Source: Thermoplasmatota archaeon
Lineage (GTDB): Archaea; Thermoplasmatota; E2; JACPAO01; JAHFTW01
Direction: 5' to 3'
Assembly (NCBI GenBank): GCA_041601615.1
Contig: JBFIHX010000002.1
Coordinates: forward strand, 256,001-320,000
DNA length: 64,000 nt
Below the pieces are notes generated by a model. It was not told the DNA's origin and searched no databases. It worked only from the letters and a program-made list of their open reading frames with translations. This document shows positions 28,960-38,978 of this stretch, in pieces (position 1 is the stretch's first letter; the number at the start of each line of letters is the position of its first letter). A program made the translations under genes and the position numbers.

Positions 28960-29119
28960 GAGTGCCGATGGAGAGCCGCTTGGATGGATGGCGCGCCATG
29001 GCTAGCCCGTGGGTTTCGACGCGAGCGCCGGCATGCTGGAGGCACGTCAAGCGAAGCGGCGCGATTCACGTGCTGCCAGGGCGATGCCAGGCGCCGAGCG
29101 GGACGACGGAGGCACGATA

Positions 29120-29926
29120 ATGGCGCGTCGCCCACCGTTGGGCCAGCATTTTCTGCGCGATTTGCGCACGGTTCGTCGCATCATGGAGGCGGCCGAAATT
29201 ACACCCGGTCAGCGGGTGCTGGAGATCGGTCCTGGCCCTGGTGTTTTGACGGAGCCTTTGGCGGAATTGGTCGGGCCCACGGGCCGCTTGGTCGCGGTGG
29301 AATACGACAAGGCACTGGCGGAGGCCTTGAAGGGCAAGTGGCCCAACGTGGATATTCATGTGGCGGACGCCATGGACGTGGACCTAGCCTCGCTGGGTCC
29401 TTTTGATCGCATCGTGGCAAATCTTCCGTATCAAATCAGTGGCCCTGTGACCATGGCCTTCCTGGATTTGCTGGATGCTCAGGGTTGGGGCAAGGCGGTG
29501 TTGATGTTTCAGAAGGAATTCGCGGACCGCTTGCTTGCGGGCCCCGGCAGCAAGGCGTACGGGCGTTTGTCGGTGCATCTTGCGCGTCGCTGCGAGGCCA
29601 AGCTCATCAAGGAGGTGCCGCCGGGGGCGTTCGTGCCTCCGCCGAAGGTTCGCAGCAGCATTGTGTCGTTTGTGCCCCATGCATCGCCACCGTTTGTGGT
29701 TGCGGACGAAAAGCTGTGGCGCACCGTGGTGGATGGAACGTTCCAGAATCGCCGCAAGCAGTTGCGCAATACGCTGCCGCCGCTGGTGGCGGGCTTTGGC
29801 GTGGATGGTGCTGCGGCCATAGCGGAGCTGGAGGCACTTGGTTTCGAGACGCTCCGGCCCGAGGCACTTGCCCCGGAGGCGTTTGCGGCTCTGGTGGCGC
29901 GCTTGCACGCGGTTCGGAGCGGCTAG
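29120..29926 (+). CDS. rsmA: 16S rRNA m6,2A dimethyltransferase
   Basis: LGQHFL, VLEIGPGPG, NLPYQIS, F.PPPKV.S. Confidence 0.95.
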   Translation: MARRPPLGQHFLRDLRTVRRIMEAAEITPGQRVLEIGPGPGVLTEPLAELVGPTGRLVAVEYDKALAEALKGKWPNVDIHVADAMDVDLASLGPFDRIVANLPYQISGPVTMAFLDLLDAQGWGKAVLMFQKEFADRLLAGPGSKAYGRLSVHLARRCEAKLIKEVPPGAFVPPPKVRSSIVSFVPHASPPFVVADEKLWRTVVDGTFQNRRKQLRNTLPPLVAGFGVDGAAAIAELEALGFETLRPEALAPEAFAALVARLHAVRSG

Positions 29927-29935
29927 GAGCGTTGC

Positions 29936-30535
29936 ATGGAGTGGGATGGCCTCTTTTACGCGACGCACCGCGACGTGTACGAGCCAAGCGATGATTCGTT
30001 TCTGTTGGCCTCGGTAGTTCGTGATGAAGTGCGGGCTGGCGACCGATTCTTGGAAGTGGGCTGCGGCACGGGCCTTGTGAGCTTGGCTGCGGCGCGTGCT
30101 GGTGCCACGGTGACGTGCACGGATGCAAATCCGTTGGCTGTGGAGACGGCTCGGTACAACGCCAAAGAAAACGGTTTCACCATGCACGCAGTCGAGACGG
30201 ATTTGCTGGAGGGATTGGCTGGTCCGTTCGACGCCGTGGCGTTCAATCCGCCGTATTTGCCGACGGCCGATGACGAGCACGTGGAGGGGCCGTTGGATCT
30301 TGCCTTCGATGGCGGTCCGGATGGCAACCGCGTGGTGCTTCGCTTCGTGGAGCAAATTGCGGCACTTGCGGCCCGTCCTCGGGTGGTGTGGGTGATCCAC
30401 AGCAGCCTCAGCGACCCGGCGCCCTTGGAGGGCCGGATGCAAGCATTGGGGTATGAAGTGGAGGAGGCGGCCTTGCAGTTGTTTCCGTTTGAACGGCTGC
30501 GTGTGGTCCGGTTCGTACAGCTACCCCGAGTCTAG
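29936..30535 (+). CDS. HemK2/MTQ2-family protein methyltransferase
   Basis: VYEPSDDSFLL, LEVGCGTG, FNPPY, GGPDG. Confidence 0.92.
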   Translation: MEWDGLFYATHRDVYEPSDDSFLLASVVRDEVRAGDRFLEVGCGTGLVSLAAARAGATVTCTDANPLAVETARYNAKENGFTMHAVETDLLEGLAGPFDAVAFNPPYLPTADDEHVEGPLDLAFDGGPDGNRVVLRFVEQIAALAARPRVVWVIHSSLSDPAPLEGRMQALGYEVEEAALQLFPFERLRVVRFVQLPRV

Positions 30536-31662
30536 TTGAGGCGGCGGCGGACCACGAAGACGGCGGCGAGGAGTCCGAACACCAGAAGCGGAAGGGCGGG
30601 GCCGGGGGCGTCCTCGTTTGCGGCCAGCACAGGTTCCGATGTGACGTTGGTCAGGGGCTCGTCGGCCATGGCAGGGACGTATTCGAGGATCGTCATGCCG
30701 AGGATGCCGGTGAAGTTCTCGTAAACAATGACGATGGTCCAGTTGCCGGCCATATCCATGAGGGCGGGGGCTTCGGCGGCCGCATCGGGCGCTGTTTCGT
30801 TGCCGTGCCTGGTGCTGTTGTCGTCGGAGGCGACGGGGGAGGTTTCGTTGTTGAGCAGGAAGGTGCTCAGAAGTTCGCCGTCGCGCAGCACGGTGACGTT
30901 GGCGCTGCCGGTGTGGATGGCGGCGATGGTGTCGAGTGTGATGTTTTGCCAGGGGACGGTGAAGTTGAGGGTGTAGGTGTTGCTGGTGGCGTTTTCGAGG
31001 TCGTGCAGGAAACTCGGTTCGGTGAGGTTCTGGAACACGGCTTGCACGGTCTCCACGAGGTCCCCGGCGCCGGCGGCGGTCCCGATGATGTAGGAACCGA
31101 GGCTTTCGGCGGCCGCTACGTCCGATTTCGCATCAGGGATGAAGTCGGTGACGGCGCGGGCGCGGGTGGTGTAGACGAGGCCGTAGATGTCGTCGAGGCT
31201 GTCGCCGTGGGCGGCGTCGAGGTTGGCCAGGGGGATGGTGAAGTAGACGGCGTTGTCGCGTAGTTCTGCGACGTGGTCGACGTTGGCGCCACGGGATGTC
31301 GAGGGGTGTTCGACTTCGGAGAGGGTTTGCGAGTCGCCTGCGAGGGTCATTTCAAAGCAGGACATGATGGCGTATTCGGTGCCCTTGTGCTCGAAGGCGG
31401 GCAGGTAGCAGAACGAGCCGATTTCGGTGCTGCTGCTGGTGAGGTCCATGCGGAACACGAGGTTGTCGCCGTCGGTCATGACGGAGAGTGCGATGACGTC
31501 GGAGGCGGTGTCGGGGTGGTTTTGGCCACCTAGAGTGGAGTCGTCGGCGGGATCGGTGCCGAGGAGGATGAATTCGGGTTCTTGCGCGTGCGAGGCGGGA
31601 GCCACGACGAGCGATGCAAGCAAGAGGGCGATGACACTGAGCATCGCGCGGGAGCCGACCAT
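30532..31662 (-). CDS. Secreted cell-surface protein with PGF-CTERM-like sorting tail
   Basis: Signal peptide; many NxT/S sequons; C-terminal APGP + TM + RRR. Confidence 0.75.
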   Translation of the reverse strand: MVGSRAMLSVIALLLASLVVAPASHAQEPEFILLGTDPADDSTLGGQNHPDTASDVIALSVMTDGDNLVFRMDLTSSSTEIGSFCYLPAFEHKGTEYAIMSCFEMTLAGDSQTLSEVEHPSTSRGANVDHVAELRDNAVYFTIPLANLDAAHGDSLDDIYGLVYTTRARAVTDFIPDAKSDVAAAESLGSYIIGTAAGAGDLVETVQAVFQNLTEPSFLHDLENATSNTYTLNFTVPWQNITLDTIAAIHTGSANVTVLRDGELLSTFLLNNETSPVASDDNSTRHGNETAPDAAAEAPALMDMAGNWTIVIVYENFTGILGMTILEYVPAMADEPLTNVTSEPVLAANEDAPGPALPLLVFGLLAAVFVVRRRLN

Positions 31663-31751
31663 AGTGCTCCAGACTGGGTCTGGTTGATAGTCGTTGTTGG
31701 AAAACGTGCGCCGATTCCTTGGGGGTTTTACGACGATTAGTTGTGCGTGCC

Positions 31752-32810
31752 TTAGGTTGTAAGGTTGCGCAGGATGTGCCATTGGGCGACGGCGGCTTCG
31801 ACGGCGTGTTTGCCGTTGACGACGCGGGCTTCGGCTTGTTTCCAGGTCATGCCGGGGCCGATGACGCCGAAGCCTACGGGTTTGCCTGTGGCCAGCGATA
31901 CGTCTTGGAGGCTTTTGGCGGTGGCGTGGGTGATCACTTCGTCGTGTTTGGTTTCACCGCTGACGACGCAGCCGAGGGCGACGACGCAGTCGATGTCGTC
32001 GCGGCGCAGGAGGGCTTGCACGGCGAGGGGCAGGTCGTAGACGCCGGGGACTTTGAGGTGTAGGGCGACGGGGGCGCCGAGTTTGTCGGCTTTCTGCCTG
32101 GCGAGGTTTGCCATGTCGTTGGTGATTTCTTCGTTGAAGAGTGCTTGGACGATGGCGATGCGGGGGCCATTGCCGCCGGGGGCGGGGGCGCTGTGGGAAA
32201 GGTCGGGGAATGCGTGGTGCGTGGGGGCGGGGGCACCGGCCGGTTCGTGGGCGGCTGGTGCGTGGCTGCGCGGGGTTACGGGGGGTTCGTGCACGGGCGC
32301 CGAGGGCGTGGGTGCTGCGGGGGCGGGAGTGGCTGCGGCGGCGCTGGTGCTGGCGGCGGGCGCAGTGGCCGGGGCTGCGCGTGCGCCGAGGGGTGGCCAG
32401 ACTTCGGGTCGGCGCGTGGGCTGGGGCGCAAACGGTTGGGTTGGCGCGGGGCTCGGCGCGGGAGTTGGCGCAGGAGTTGGTGTGGGTGTTGCAGGCGCTG
32501 GCGTGGGTTCGGGTTGGGGCTCTGCGGCGGGTTCAGCTACCGGCGTTATGGGAGCGGATTCGACCGCCGGGGCGGCAGTTGGCGCTGGTTTGCGCTCGAA
32601 CACTTCGAACTCGTCTTCATGTTCCGCTTTGGCCGCTGCTGGGCGCGTTGGTGGCGGGGGCGCCGGTTCAGGAGTTTTGGGTTTCGATTGTCGCTCGTAG
32701 ACCTCGAATTCGTCGGTCTGCACGGTGCGCACGCTGGGCGCAACCTCGTGGTTGTCCATGGCTTCGCGCTGGCGCGCAATCATGGCTTCTATGGCCGATT
32801 CGTCGAGCAT
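31752..32810 (-). CDS. ribH: 6,7-dimethyl-8-ribityllumazine synthase with long Pro/Ala-rich N-terminal extension
   Basis: IAIV...FN..IT, VPGVYDLP, ALGCVV.GETKHD, PVGFG. Confidence 0.9.
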   Translation of the reverse strand: MLDESAIEAMIARQREAMDNHEVAPSVRTVQTDEFEVYERQSKPKTPEPAPPPPTRPAAAKAEHEDEFEVFERKPAPTAAPAVESAPITPVAEPAAEPQPEPTPAPATPTPTPAPTPAPSPAPTQPFAPQPTRRPEVWPPLGARAAPATAPAASTSAAAATPAPAAPTPSAPVHEPPVTPRSHAPAAHEPAGAPAPTHHAFPDLSHSAPAPGGNGPRIAIVQALFNEEITNDMANLARQKADKLGAPVALHLKVPGVYDLPLAVQALLRRDDIDCVVALGCVVSGETKHDEVITHATAKSLQDVSLATGKPVGFGVIGPGMTWKQAEARVVNGKHAVEAAVAQWHILRNLTT

Positions 32811-32990
32811 GCGGTCCCCTCGCAAGCCCTCCAGGTGAAACAAAGGTCATCAAGGTGTTGATTGGGCCTAGTGGGTTGCGGGGGGTGATTTTGGACCCTG
32901 TTCTAGGGATGCGGGCCCTCGGGCCAAAAAGGTGGGAGGGGTCCTGTTGGATGCGACTTCATAAAATAGAATGGGCCTACAAGAGGTCTC

Positions 32991-34445
32991 GTGGCGTTGT
33001 CGTTCCGCCTAGTGCTCATCTCGGTGCTGCCGTTGCTGTTGTTGGGCGGGTTGGTGGGCTGGGGCGGTGGACCAGAAATTGCGGTTATGGGGTTCCATCA
33101 GGTGGTCATCGTAGCCGCATCGTTGTTAACCGTGGGTTTGGGACTGTTGACGTTGCAGGCGTTTTTTCGGCGTGGCCGGGTGGCTGATCTAGGACTTGGC
33201 ACGGGCCTAGCGGGTTTTGGCGCCGTCTACATTTGGCACGGGGTGTTTACCGGAGCAGTGCCGCCCATTCGGTGGTTGGTGTATGGTCCGCTGTCGCGGA
33301 TTTTCTTCGCGCTGTGTCTGCTTGCTGTAGCGTCGAACCATCGCATTGGGACGCTTCGTCGTTCGGCTTGGGCGCTTGGTTCCATAGTGTTGGTGGGTTT
33401 CTTGGGCTGGGCTTCGTGGCGCGTGGCGGGAGCCATCGGGGATTGGGCGCTGCGGGCGGGGCTGAGTGGGGTCAATTCGTTGCGAATCTCTCTGGAGCTT
33501 ACGGCACTCGCAGGGAGCGCGGTTGCTTTGTTGTTGGTGGCGCGCCGGGTGGAGGTTGGTCGGGTTCGTTCGTTGGTGATGCTTGGAGTCTGGTTCATTG
33601 TGGTTCAGAGCTTGTTCTTCTTGGTGGCGGGCGTGTGGAATGTAACGTGGTGGGTGGCGCATGGCTTTGGTGCCTTGGGGACGGCGACGTTGGCTGTGAG
33701 TGTCCTGGTGTTGTCGCGCTCGACGCATGAATTGGTGCAGAAGGAGCGTCATGCGGAAGATGATGCGGCGCGGCAGGCGTTTTTGAACAACGCGGCGCAC
33801 GCGCTTCGGACTCCGTTGACGTCTTTGGTGTTGAATCTCAAGATTTTGCAGGGGTCCAAGTTGGATGCCAAGAATCAGCATGTTGTCGCGTCGGCGATGC
33901 GGTCTGTGACCCGGTTGCGAAACTTGTCGGATGAGTTGATGCTGGCGGCGGTGTCGGGCGCGGGCGCGCAGGGGCTCTTGATGGATCGTCAGGAAGTGGA
34001 TCTTGCTGATGTTGCCAAGGCGGTTCTGGAGTCGTTTGCCGAGCAGGCAAGCAGCGCCGGTGTTTCGTTGCGGGTGGATGCGGTGCCGTGTCGGGCTGAC
34101 GTGGATGCCGAGCGCATCTCGGACTTGCTGTTCATGTTGGTGGAAAATGCGGTGCGGTTTACGACGGAGGGAGAGGTGGCTTTGTCGGTTGTGCCTCGGC
34201 GTCGGGCGGTGGAGATTGTGGTCCAAGATACGGGCATTGGCATGACGGAGGAACAGTTGGAACAGGTGTTTCGGCCGTTTGGTCGCCCGCATGAGATGGC
34301 GATGATGCGCACGGAAGGCAACGGATTGTCGTTGATTGTGGCACGTGGCATTGCAGAGGCGCATGGCGGCGTCTTGGAGGCGTTTTCTGGCGGCCTTGGC
34401 AAGGGTTCGCGGTTTCGGGTGCGGTTGCCGATTCGCGCAACGTAG
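32991..34445 (+). CDS. Membrane sensor histidine kinase
   Basis: AAHALRTPLT (H box), LVENAVRFT (N), DTGIG (G1), GNGLSL (G2); about 8 TM segments. Confidence 0.9.
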   Translation: MALSFRLVLISVLPLLLLGGLVGWGGGPEIAVMGFHQVVIVAASLLTVGLGLLTLQAFFRRGRVADLGLGTGLAGFGAVYIWHGVFTGAVPPIRWLVYGPLSRIFFALCLLAVASNHRIGTLRRSAWALGSIVLVGFLGWASWRVAGAIGDWALRAGLSGVNSLRISLELTALAGSAVALLLVARRVEVGRVRSLVMLGVWFIVVQSLFFLVAGVWNVTWWVAHGFGALGTATLAVSVLVLSRSTHELVQKERHAEDDAARQAFLNNAAHALRTPLTSLVLNLKILQGSKLDAKNQHVVASAMRSVTRLRNLSDELMLAAVSGAGAQGLLMDRQEVDLADVAKAVLESFAEQASSAGVSLRVDAVPCRADVDAERISDLLFMLVENAVRFTTEGEVALSVVPRRRAVEIVVQDTGIGMTEEQLEQVFRPFGRPHEMAMMRTEGNGLSLIVARGIAEAHGGVLEAFSGGLGKGSRFRVRLPIRAT

Positions 34446-34533
34446 GGACGCTCGCAGGCGTTCGGGGAGCCGGCTTCGAGGTGGTGCGTGTGTGTGGTGG
34501 GGGTGGCGGGGGCCGCCTGTTGTGGGGCGGCGC

Positions 34534-35088
34534 TCAGTGCTCGATGCTGCCTACGTCCTCGAAGCCCTGTCGTTTGCCGGTGCCGGCGCGCAGGGTCAGT
34601 TCGTGGGGGGCTTCCATGAGCCAGTAGGCGTTGGTGGCGTGTTCGCGTACTCGGTTGTCCACGACGGCAACGAGTTCGTCGCCTTCGGCTTCGTCCATGT
34701 GGACGATGATTTCGAGGATGTGTTTGCCGGTGGCTTGTTGGGCCATTTGCATGCCGATGCTGGCGTCTTGGGCGCATTGCTTGTCGATGTCTTCGGGGCC
34801 GGCCATGCCGCAGCACAGCACGATGTCGCAGCCGGCTTCTAGGAGGCGTCGGGCGCCGAGTCCGAGGTCTTTGAAGCCGGGGACGGTGAGGTAGCGGATG
34901 CGGTGGTCGTGGATGCCGTGTTGGTGGAGTTGGTGGATGGCGCGGGGGCCCATGCGTACGACGGCGAAGGTGGTGTCGACGATGCCATAGACGGCGGGTT
35001 GGACGACCATGGATTCGCCTCGGGTGCGTTGCATCCAGTTGGCGTGGATGGCGGCCACTTCTTCTTCGATGGCGTTCTGGGGCTTCAT
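34534..35088 (-). CDS. ribC: Archaeal riboflavin synthase
   Basis: GIVDTTFA, TVPG.KDL, LTLRAGTG.RQGFEDVG. Confidence 0.92.
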   Translation of the reverse strand: MKPQNAIEEEVAAIHANWMQRTRGESMVVQPAVYGIVDTTFAVVRMGPRAIHQLHQHGIHDHRIRYLTVPGFKDLGLGARRLLEAGCDIVLCCGMAGPEDIDKQCAQDASIGMQMAQQATGKHILEIIVHMDEAEGDELVAVVDNRVREHATNAYWLMEAPHELTLRAGTGKRQGFEDVGSIEH

Positions 35089-35738
35089 GGGTCCTCTTCC
35101 TCGTCTGCGTCGGGGCCTTGCTGGGGGCTTTCTTTGTTGTAGAGGCTCTTTTCGGCGGCGCGGGCGGCGATGCGTTCGATGATTTTGCGGGTGCCGTCGA
35201 GGTCTCCGACGAATTGGGGCAGGCGTACGACTTGGCAGCGGATGCCTCGGCGTTCGAATTCGGCGGCGACGGTTGCTTCGCTGTAGCTTTGGTCGAAGCC
35301 GAGGGCGAAGATGTCTGGGCGGAGTTCTTCGACGATGCGGTAGTAGTCGCCGCGGTGGCCTAGTACGGCAAGGTCGACGGGTTTGAGGGCTTGGACCATG
35401 TCGCGGCGGTGGCCTTCGGGGGTGACGGGTCGGTGTTTTTCGCGCACGACCGATTCGTCGCGGGCCATGACGACGACGAGTTCGTCGCCGAGTTTTTTGG
35501 CTTCTTCGAGCATGTGTAGGTGCCCGGGGTGCAGGAGGTCGAAGACGCCTGTGGTCATGACGCGTACATGGGGTCGAAGGGATGCCTTGGGGGTGCCCTG
35601 CACAGGCGGCCGAGGGACGGCTTGGTCAAGAAGCAAGTGGCTGGGGTCGGCGGGGGGAGTGTTGGTTCGCGCCGGGGAGGCCGTGGATTCCGTGTGGGCC
35701 GTTGGAGCGGCGGGGGCGGCGGGATCGGCAGGGTTCAT
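35085..35738 (-). CDS. ribL: Archaeal FAD synthase
   Basis: GVFDLLHPGH, RPDIFALGFDQ; start at MNPAD with ATGA overlap to ribB. Confidence 0.9.
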   Translation of the reverse strand: MNPADPAAPAAPTAHTESTASPARTNTPPADPSHLLLDQAVPRPPVQGTPKASLRPHVRVMTTGVFDLLHPGHLHMLEEAKKLGDELVVVMARDESVVREKHRPVTPEGHRRDMVQALKPVDLAVLGHRGDYYRIVEELRPDIFALGFDQSYSEATVAAEFERRGIRCQVVRLPQFVGDLDGTRKIIERIAARAAEKSLYNKESPQQGPDADEEEDP

Positions 35739-36487
35739 GCCGGCGTGGCGACGGGCTCGGCGACGGCGCGGGGGACGTGGATGCGTTGGTGCCAGGCGGC
35801 GATGATTTCGGCGCCGGTGAGAAATTCCAGTCCGTGCTCGGCGGCGTAGGCTTCTGCGTCGGTGCGGGATAGGGCGCGGCCGGAGGTTGGGTCGAGCATT
35901 TCGCAGACGGTGGTGATGGCGGGTAGGCCTGCGAGGCGGGCCAGTTCTAGGCTCAGTTCGGTGTGGCCTTGGCGCGCGGCGAGGCCTCGGTCGGCGCCGT
36001 TGAGGAGTTGGACGTGTCCGGGGCTGCGAAAGTCTGTGGCGAATGCGTGCTGGGTCTCGGGGGAGGGGGCGGCGCCTGGTTTGAGGTCGGAGGCGACGCT
36101 GGCTAGGGCCTGGATCGTGGTGCTGCGGTCTTCGTCGGTGATGCCGGTGAAGGTGTCGCGGTGGTTGAGGGTGAGGCCGAAGGCGGGTTTGCTTGCGTCG
36201 TAGCGGATGTCGCCGCGTGGCAGCAATTTGTGGAGGCCGGGGTGTGCGTGGGCGGCGTCGGCAAGTACGTCGCAGGCCCAGGGCAGGCTGAGGCCTCGGT
36301 GGACTTCGGGGCCGATGGCGGTGCAAAGGAGGCCGCCGGCGTCGGTGCGTAGGGTGCGTACCACGTCGGGGGTGACGGCGTGGCCGGCGACGACCATGTC
36401 GGTCTCCTCTTCGCGTCCGTCGGCGTCGTAGACGAGTACGATGCGTCCGGCCGCGAGTGCGGCGACGGCTTGGTCCACGGGGTCCAT
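35735..36487 (-). CDS. ribB: 3,4-dihydroxy-2-butanone-4-phosphate synthase
   Basis: YDADGREEETD, TGITD.DR, FRSPGH, R.GHTE, CEML. Confidence 0.93.
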   Translation of the reverse strand: MDPVDQAVAALAAGRIVLVYDADGREEETDMVVAGHAVTPDVVRTLRTDAGGLLCTAIGPEVHRGLSLPWACDVLADAAHAHPGLHKLLPRGDIRYDASKPAFGLTLNHRDTFTGITDEDRSTTIQALASVASDLKPGAAPSPETQHAFATDFRSPGHVQLLNGADRGLAARQGHTELSLELARLAGLPAITTVCEMLDPTSGRALSRTDAEAYAAEHGLEFLTGAEIIAAWHQRIHVPRAVAEPVATPA

Positions 36488-36588
36488 GGACGGCCCACCC
36501 AACGGGGGGTTATCAAAGATGAGTGACTACCCAATTTTGGGTCTCTGAGGCTTGGGTGTCACGTAGGGGCAACGCTTGAACTGCCGGA

Positions 36589-36861
36589 TTAGGCAGCAGC
36601 GGATTCTTCGACGGGCGCCGCGGGGGCGTCGTCGTGGGAGACGGAGTCGGTGCCTTCGGCCTCGACGGTGGCGGCTTCCCATCCCTTGCGGTAGGTCGTG
36701 ACGTAGCCAGCAACGCGGTTGCGGAAGACGCTGGTCTTCACATCGGTCAACTCGTTGACCATCGCCTTGTTGTGCTCGAAGTCGTCGGAGAACCGGTCGT
36801 TGTACCGCTTGACGAGATCGATCGCGACGCGCTTGATGTAGGTAGGACGGATGTTACCCAT
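36589..36861 (-). CDS. rps17e: 30S ribosomal protein S17e
   Basis: MGNIRPTYIKR, F..DFEHNK, RNRVAGYVT. Confidence 0.96.
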   Translation of the reverse strand: MGNIRPTYIKRVAIDLVKRYNDRFSDDFEHNKAMVNELTDVKTSVFRNRVAGYVTTYRKGWEAATVEAEGTDSVSHDDAPAAPVEESAAA

Positions 36862-36967
36862 GGGATGGCCTCAGAGAGCATTCCCTCGGGACCTGAAGCC
36901 GGATATAACGATTGGGGCCAGAAACGGGGTCCTGCGGCTTCATCAGGGCCTCCCGGCATCGCCGCCC

Positions 36968-37318
36968 GTGTTCCGGTCCTTCCTCCTCGTCGCCCTCGGC
37001 GGTGCCCTCGGCGCCATGTCGCGCTTCGGCGTCTCCACCGCCCTACCCCGCTTGGTTTTCCCTTGGCACACCCTCGCGGTCAATCTCGTGGGCGCCTTCC
37101 TTCTTGGCTACCTCTTCCTGGACCACGGCATGGGACACACGCCGAGGTTGCTCATCGCGGTCGGCTTTCTGGGCGCATTCACGACACTCAGCACCTACAG
37201 CGTCGAGACCCTCGAATTGGTGCAGGAAGGACACGCCCGGCTCGCAGTGGCAAACGTCGGCCTCAACGGCCTCGGCGGCCCGCTCATGGCTTGGCTCGGC
37301 TGGCGCTTGGCGAGCTAG
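36968..37318 (+). CDS. crcB: Fluoride channel CrcB/FluC
   Basis: GGALGA..R, TL.VN..G.F, GFLGAFTT.ST. Confidence 0.92.
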   Translation: MFRSFLLVALGGALGAMSRFGVSTALPRLVFPWHTLAVNLVGAFLLGYLFLDHGMGHTPRLLIAVGFLGAFTTLSTYSVETLELVQEGHARLAVANVGLNGLGGPLMAWLGWRLAS

Positions 37319-38925
37319 AACAGCTTCGTCTGTCCTTCCGACGGCGCCGGCTTCTTCTTTGGCTTCTCGGGTTCAGAATCAGGTTCAGACGTAGGCTCCA
37401 CGGCCGGTTCCGGCGCGGCCGGTGCCTCCGGTTTCGCATCGGATTTCCCCGGCTTGGCCGGTTTTGCAGCGGGGGTCGAAGGCTCCGCCTTGCTGGCAAA
37501 CGCTCCAAGGCCCATGCCGGGAGGAGCCGCTCGTGGCGACGGCCGCCCGGCCGCCTTGTGCTCTTCCTCCATCGCCGTCACTTGTGCGCGGATCTCCGCG
37601 ACGGCCTTGTCCTTCGCCTTCGCGTCGATGAGAAGCGCAATCTCGTCGTCTTCGAGCTCCATCGCGAGGCTCTGGTGCACCTGAAACTCGCGGTCGATCC
37701 CGAAAATCCGTGTAAACGGCTCCACTTGGCCCAGACGCGCCTTACGGCGACTCTGGTGCGTAGCCGTGGCAAGACTGTCGGCGAGCTTGTTTTTGACGGC
37801 GCGGCTGCCCTTGCTGCGGCTCATCTTGGAAAGATACTGCGGGAAGCCAAAAGGCACGAACCCACGCGGCCCCGGGTGCTGGCGCACCGCACTCACCCCG
37901 AGAATCGCCAGGTCGCCCGCATACGCCCAGAGGCGGTAGTTTTGCTTGCGGCGAGTCCGGCCCAAAAACACGTCGGCACGGCTGAGCATCTCGTAGCCCG
38001 CGACCAAATCCTCCGGATGCACGTACTCCTTGGGCAGGTTCTCGTCGATCCACAAGACATAGTCCTCGGGCGTCGCGTCCACCTCCATGGATTCCTTGCG
38101 CAATTCCTTGATCGGAGCCTGCTTCAGGACATGCTTGACAAGATCGAACATGGTGCCGCTGCGGTCCCGCTGACCCAGCGATTCCAGCGCCGCCACCGTC
38201 ACTTCGTCGCGCCCGGCCGAGATCGATTCGAGGTCACGCACCGCCGCCCGCATGTCCCCCTCGGCCTTCGCGGCGATTGCCTCAAGGACCGCCCGCTCCA
38301 CGCGCTTGCCCTCGATGCGGCAGATCTTTTCGAGCGCATTCGGGATGCTACGGACGTTGATGCGGCCCCACTTCAGAGTCTGAGCAAGCGTACGAATCGC
38401 TGCCCCGCTGCCCTTCTGCAAGGCATACAAGTCATTGACAATGAGAATGATGGGCTGCTTGGAATCGCGGATGGTCTGGATGATCTGCGTCTTGCCGCCA
38501 CGATCGGAGAGGTCGGACCCGCCACCGGCCGCGTTTTCGCCCGCCAGCCGCTCGTACAAGTTGTCTGCCTCGTCCAACACGATGAGCTTGCGACCGCCGC
38601 CCTCGCCCTCCTCGCCCGTACGATGGAAGGATCCGTCGGAATTGAACGTCTGATGCATCGCCCCAGCCGTCGCCACGCGACGAATGCGATCGGCGTTGCG
38701 AGCGTCCGAAGCATTCAGCTCAATGACGGCCCAACCCATGTCGTAGCCCAAAGCAAGTGCCGCCGAAGTCTTCCCCGTCCCAGGAGGGCCTGCAAGCACC
38801 AGCGCCCGTTGCTTCGGGATGCCCTTCGACCAAGAATCCGCCCACTTGCGCATGAGGGCTACGTTGGGACCGTTGCCGATCACGTCCGCAAGCGAGCGAG
38901 GGCGGTGCTTCTCGGTCCAGTCCAC
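37315..38925 (-). CDS. rfcL: Replication factor C large subunit
   Basis: WTEKHRP, GPPGTGKT, ELNASD.R, GDMR, C-terminal PIP box QTKLF. Confidence 0.95.
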   Translation of the reverse strand: MDWTEKHRPRSLADVIGNGPNVALMRKWADSWSKGIPKQRALVLAGPPGTGKTSAALALGYDMGWAVIELNASDARNADRIRRVATAGAMHQTFNSDGSFHRTGEEGEGGGRKLIVLDEADNLYERLAGENAAGGGSDLSDRGGKTQIIQTIRDSKQPIILIVNDLYALQKGSGAAIRTLAQTLKWGRINVRSIPNALEKICRIEGKRVERAVLEAIAAKAEGDMRAAVRDLESISAGRDEVTVAALESLGQRDRSGTMFDLVKHVLKQAPIKELRKESMEVDATPEDYVLWIDENLPKEYVHPEDLVAGYEMLSRADVFLGRTRRKQNYRLWAYAGDLAILGVSAVRQHPGPRGFVPFGFPQYLSKMSRSKGSRAVKNKLADSLATATHQSRRKARLGQVEPFTRIFGIDREFQVHQSLAMELEDDEIALLIDAKAKDKAVAEIRAQVTAMEEEHKAAGRPSPRAAPPGMGLGAFASKAEPSTPAAKPAKPGKSDAKPEAPAAPEPAVEPTSEPDSEPEKPKKKPAPSEGQTKLF

Positions 38926-38978
38926 GAGGCGGCGAGAGTAGGAGGGGGACTTGAAGGGGGCGGGGCGAGCAGGGCGAT

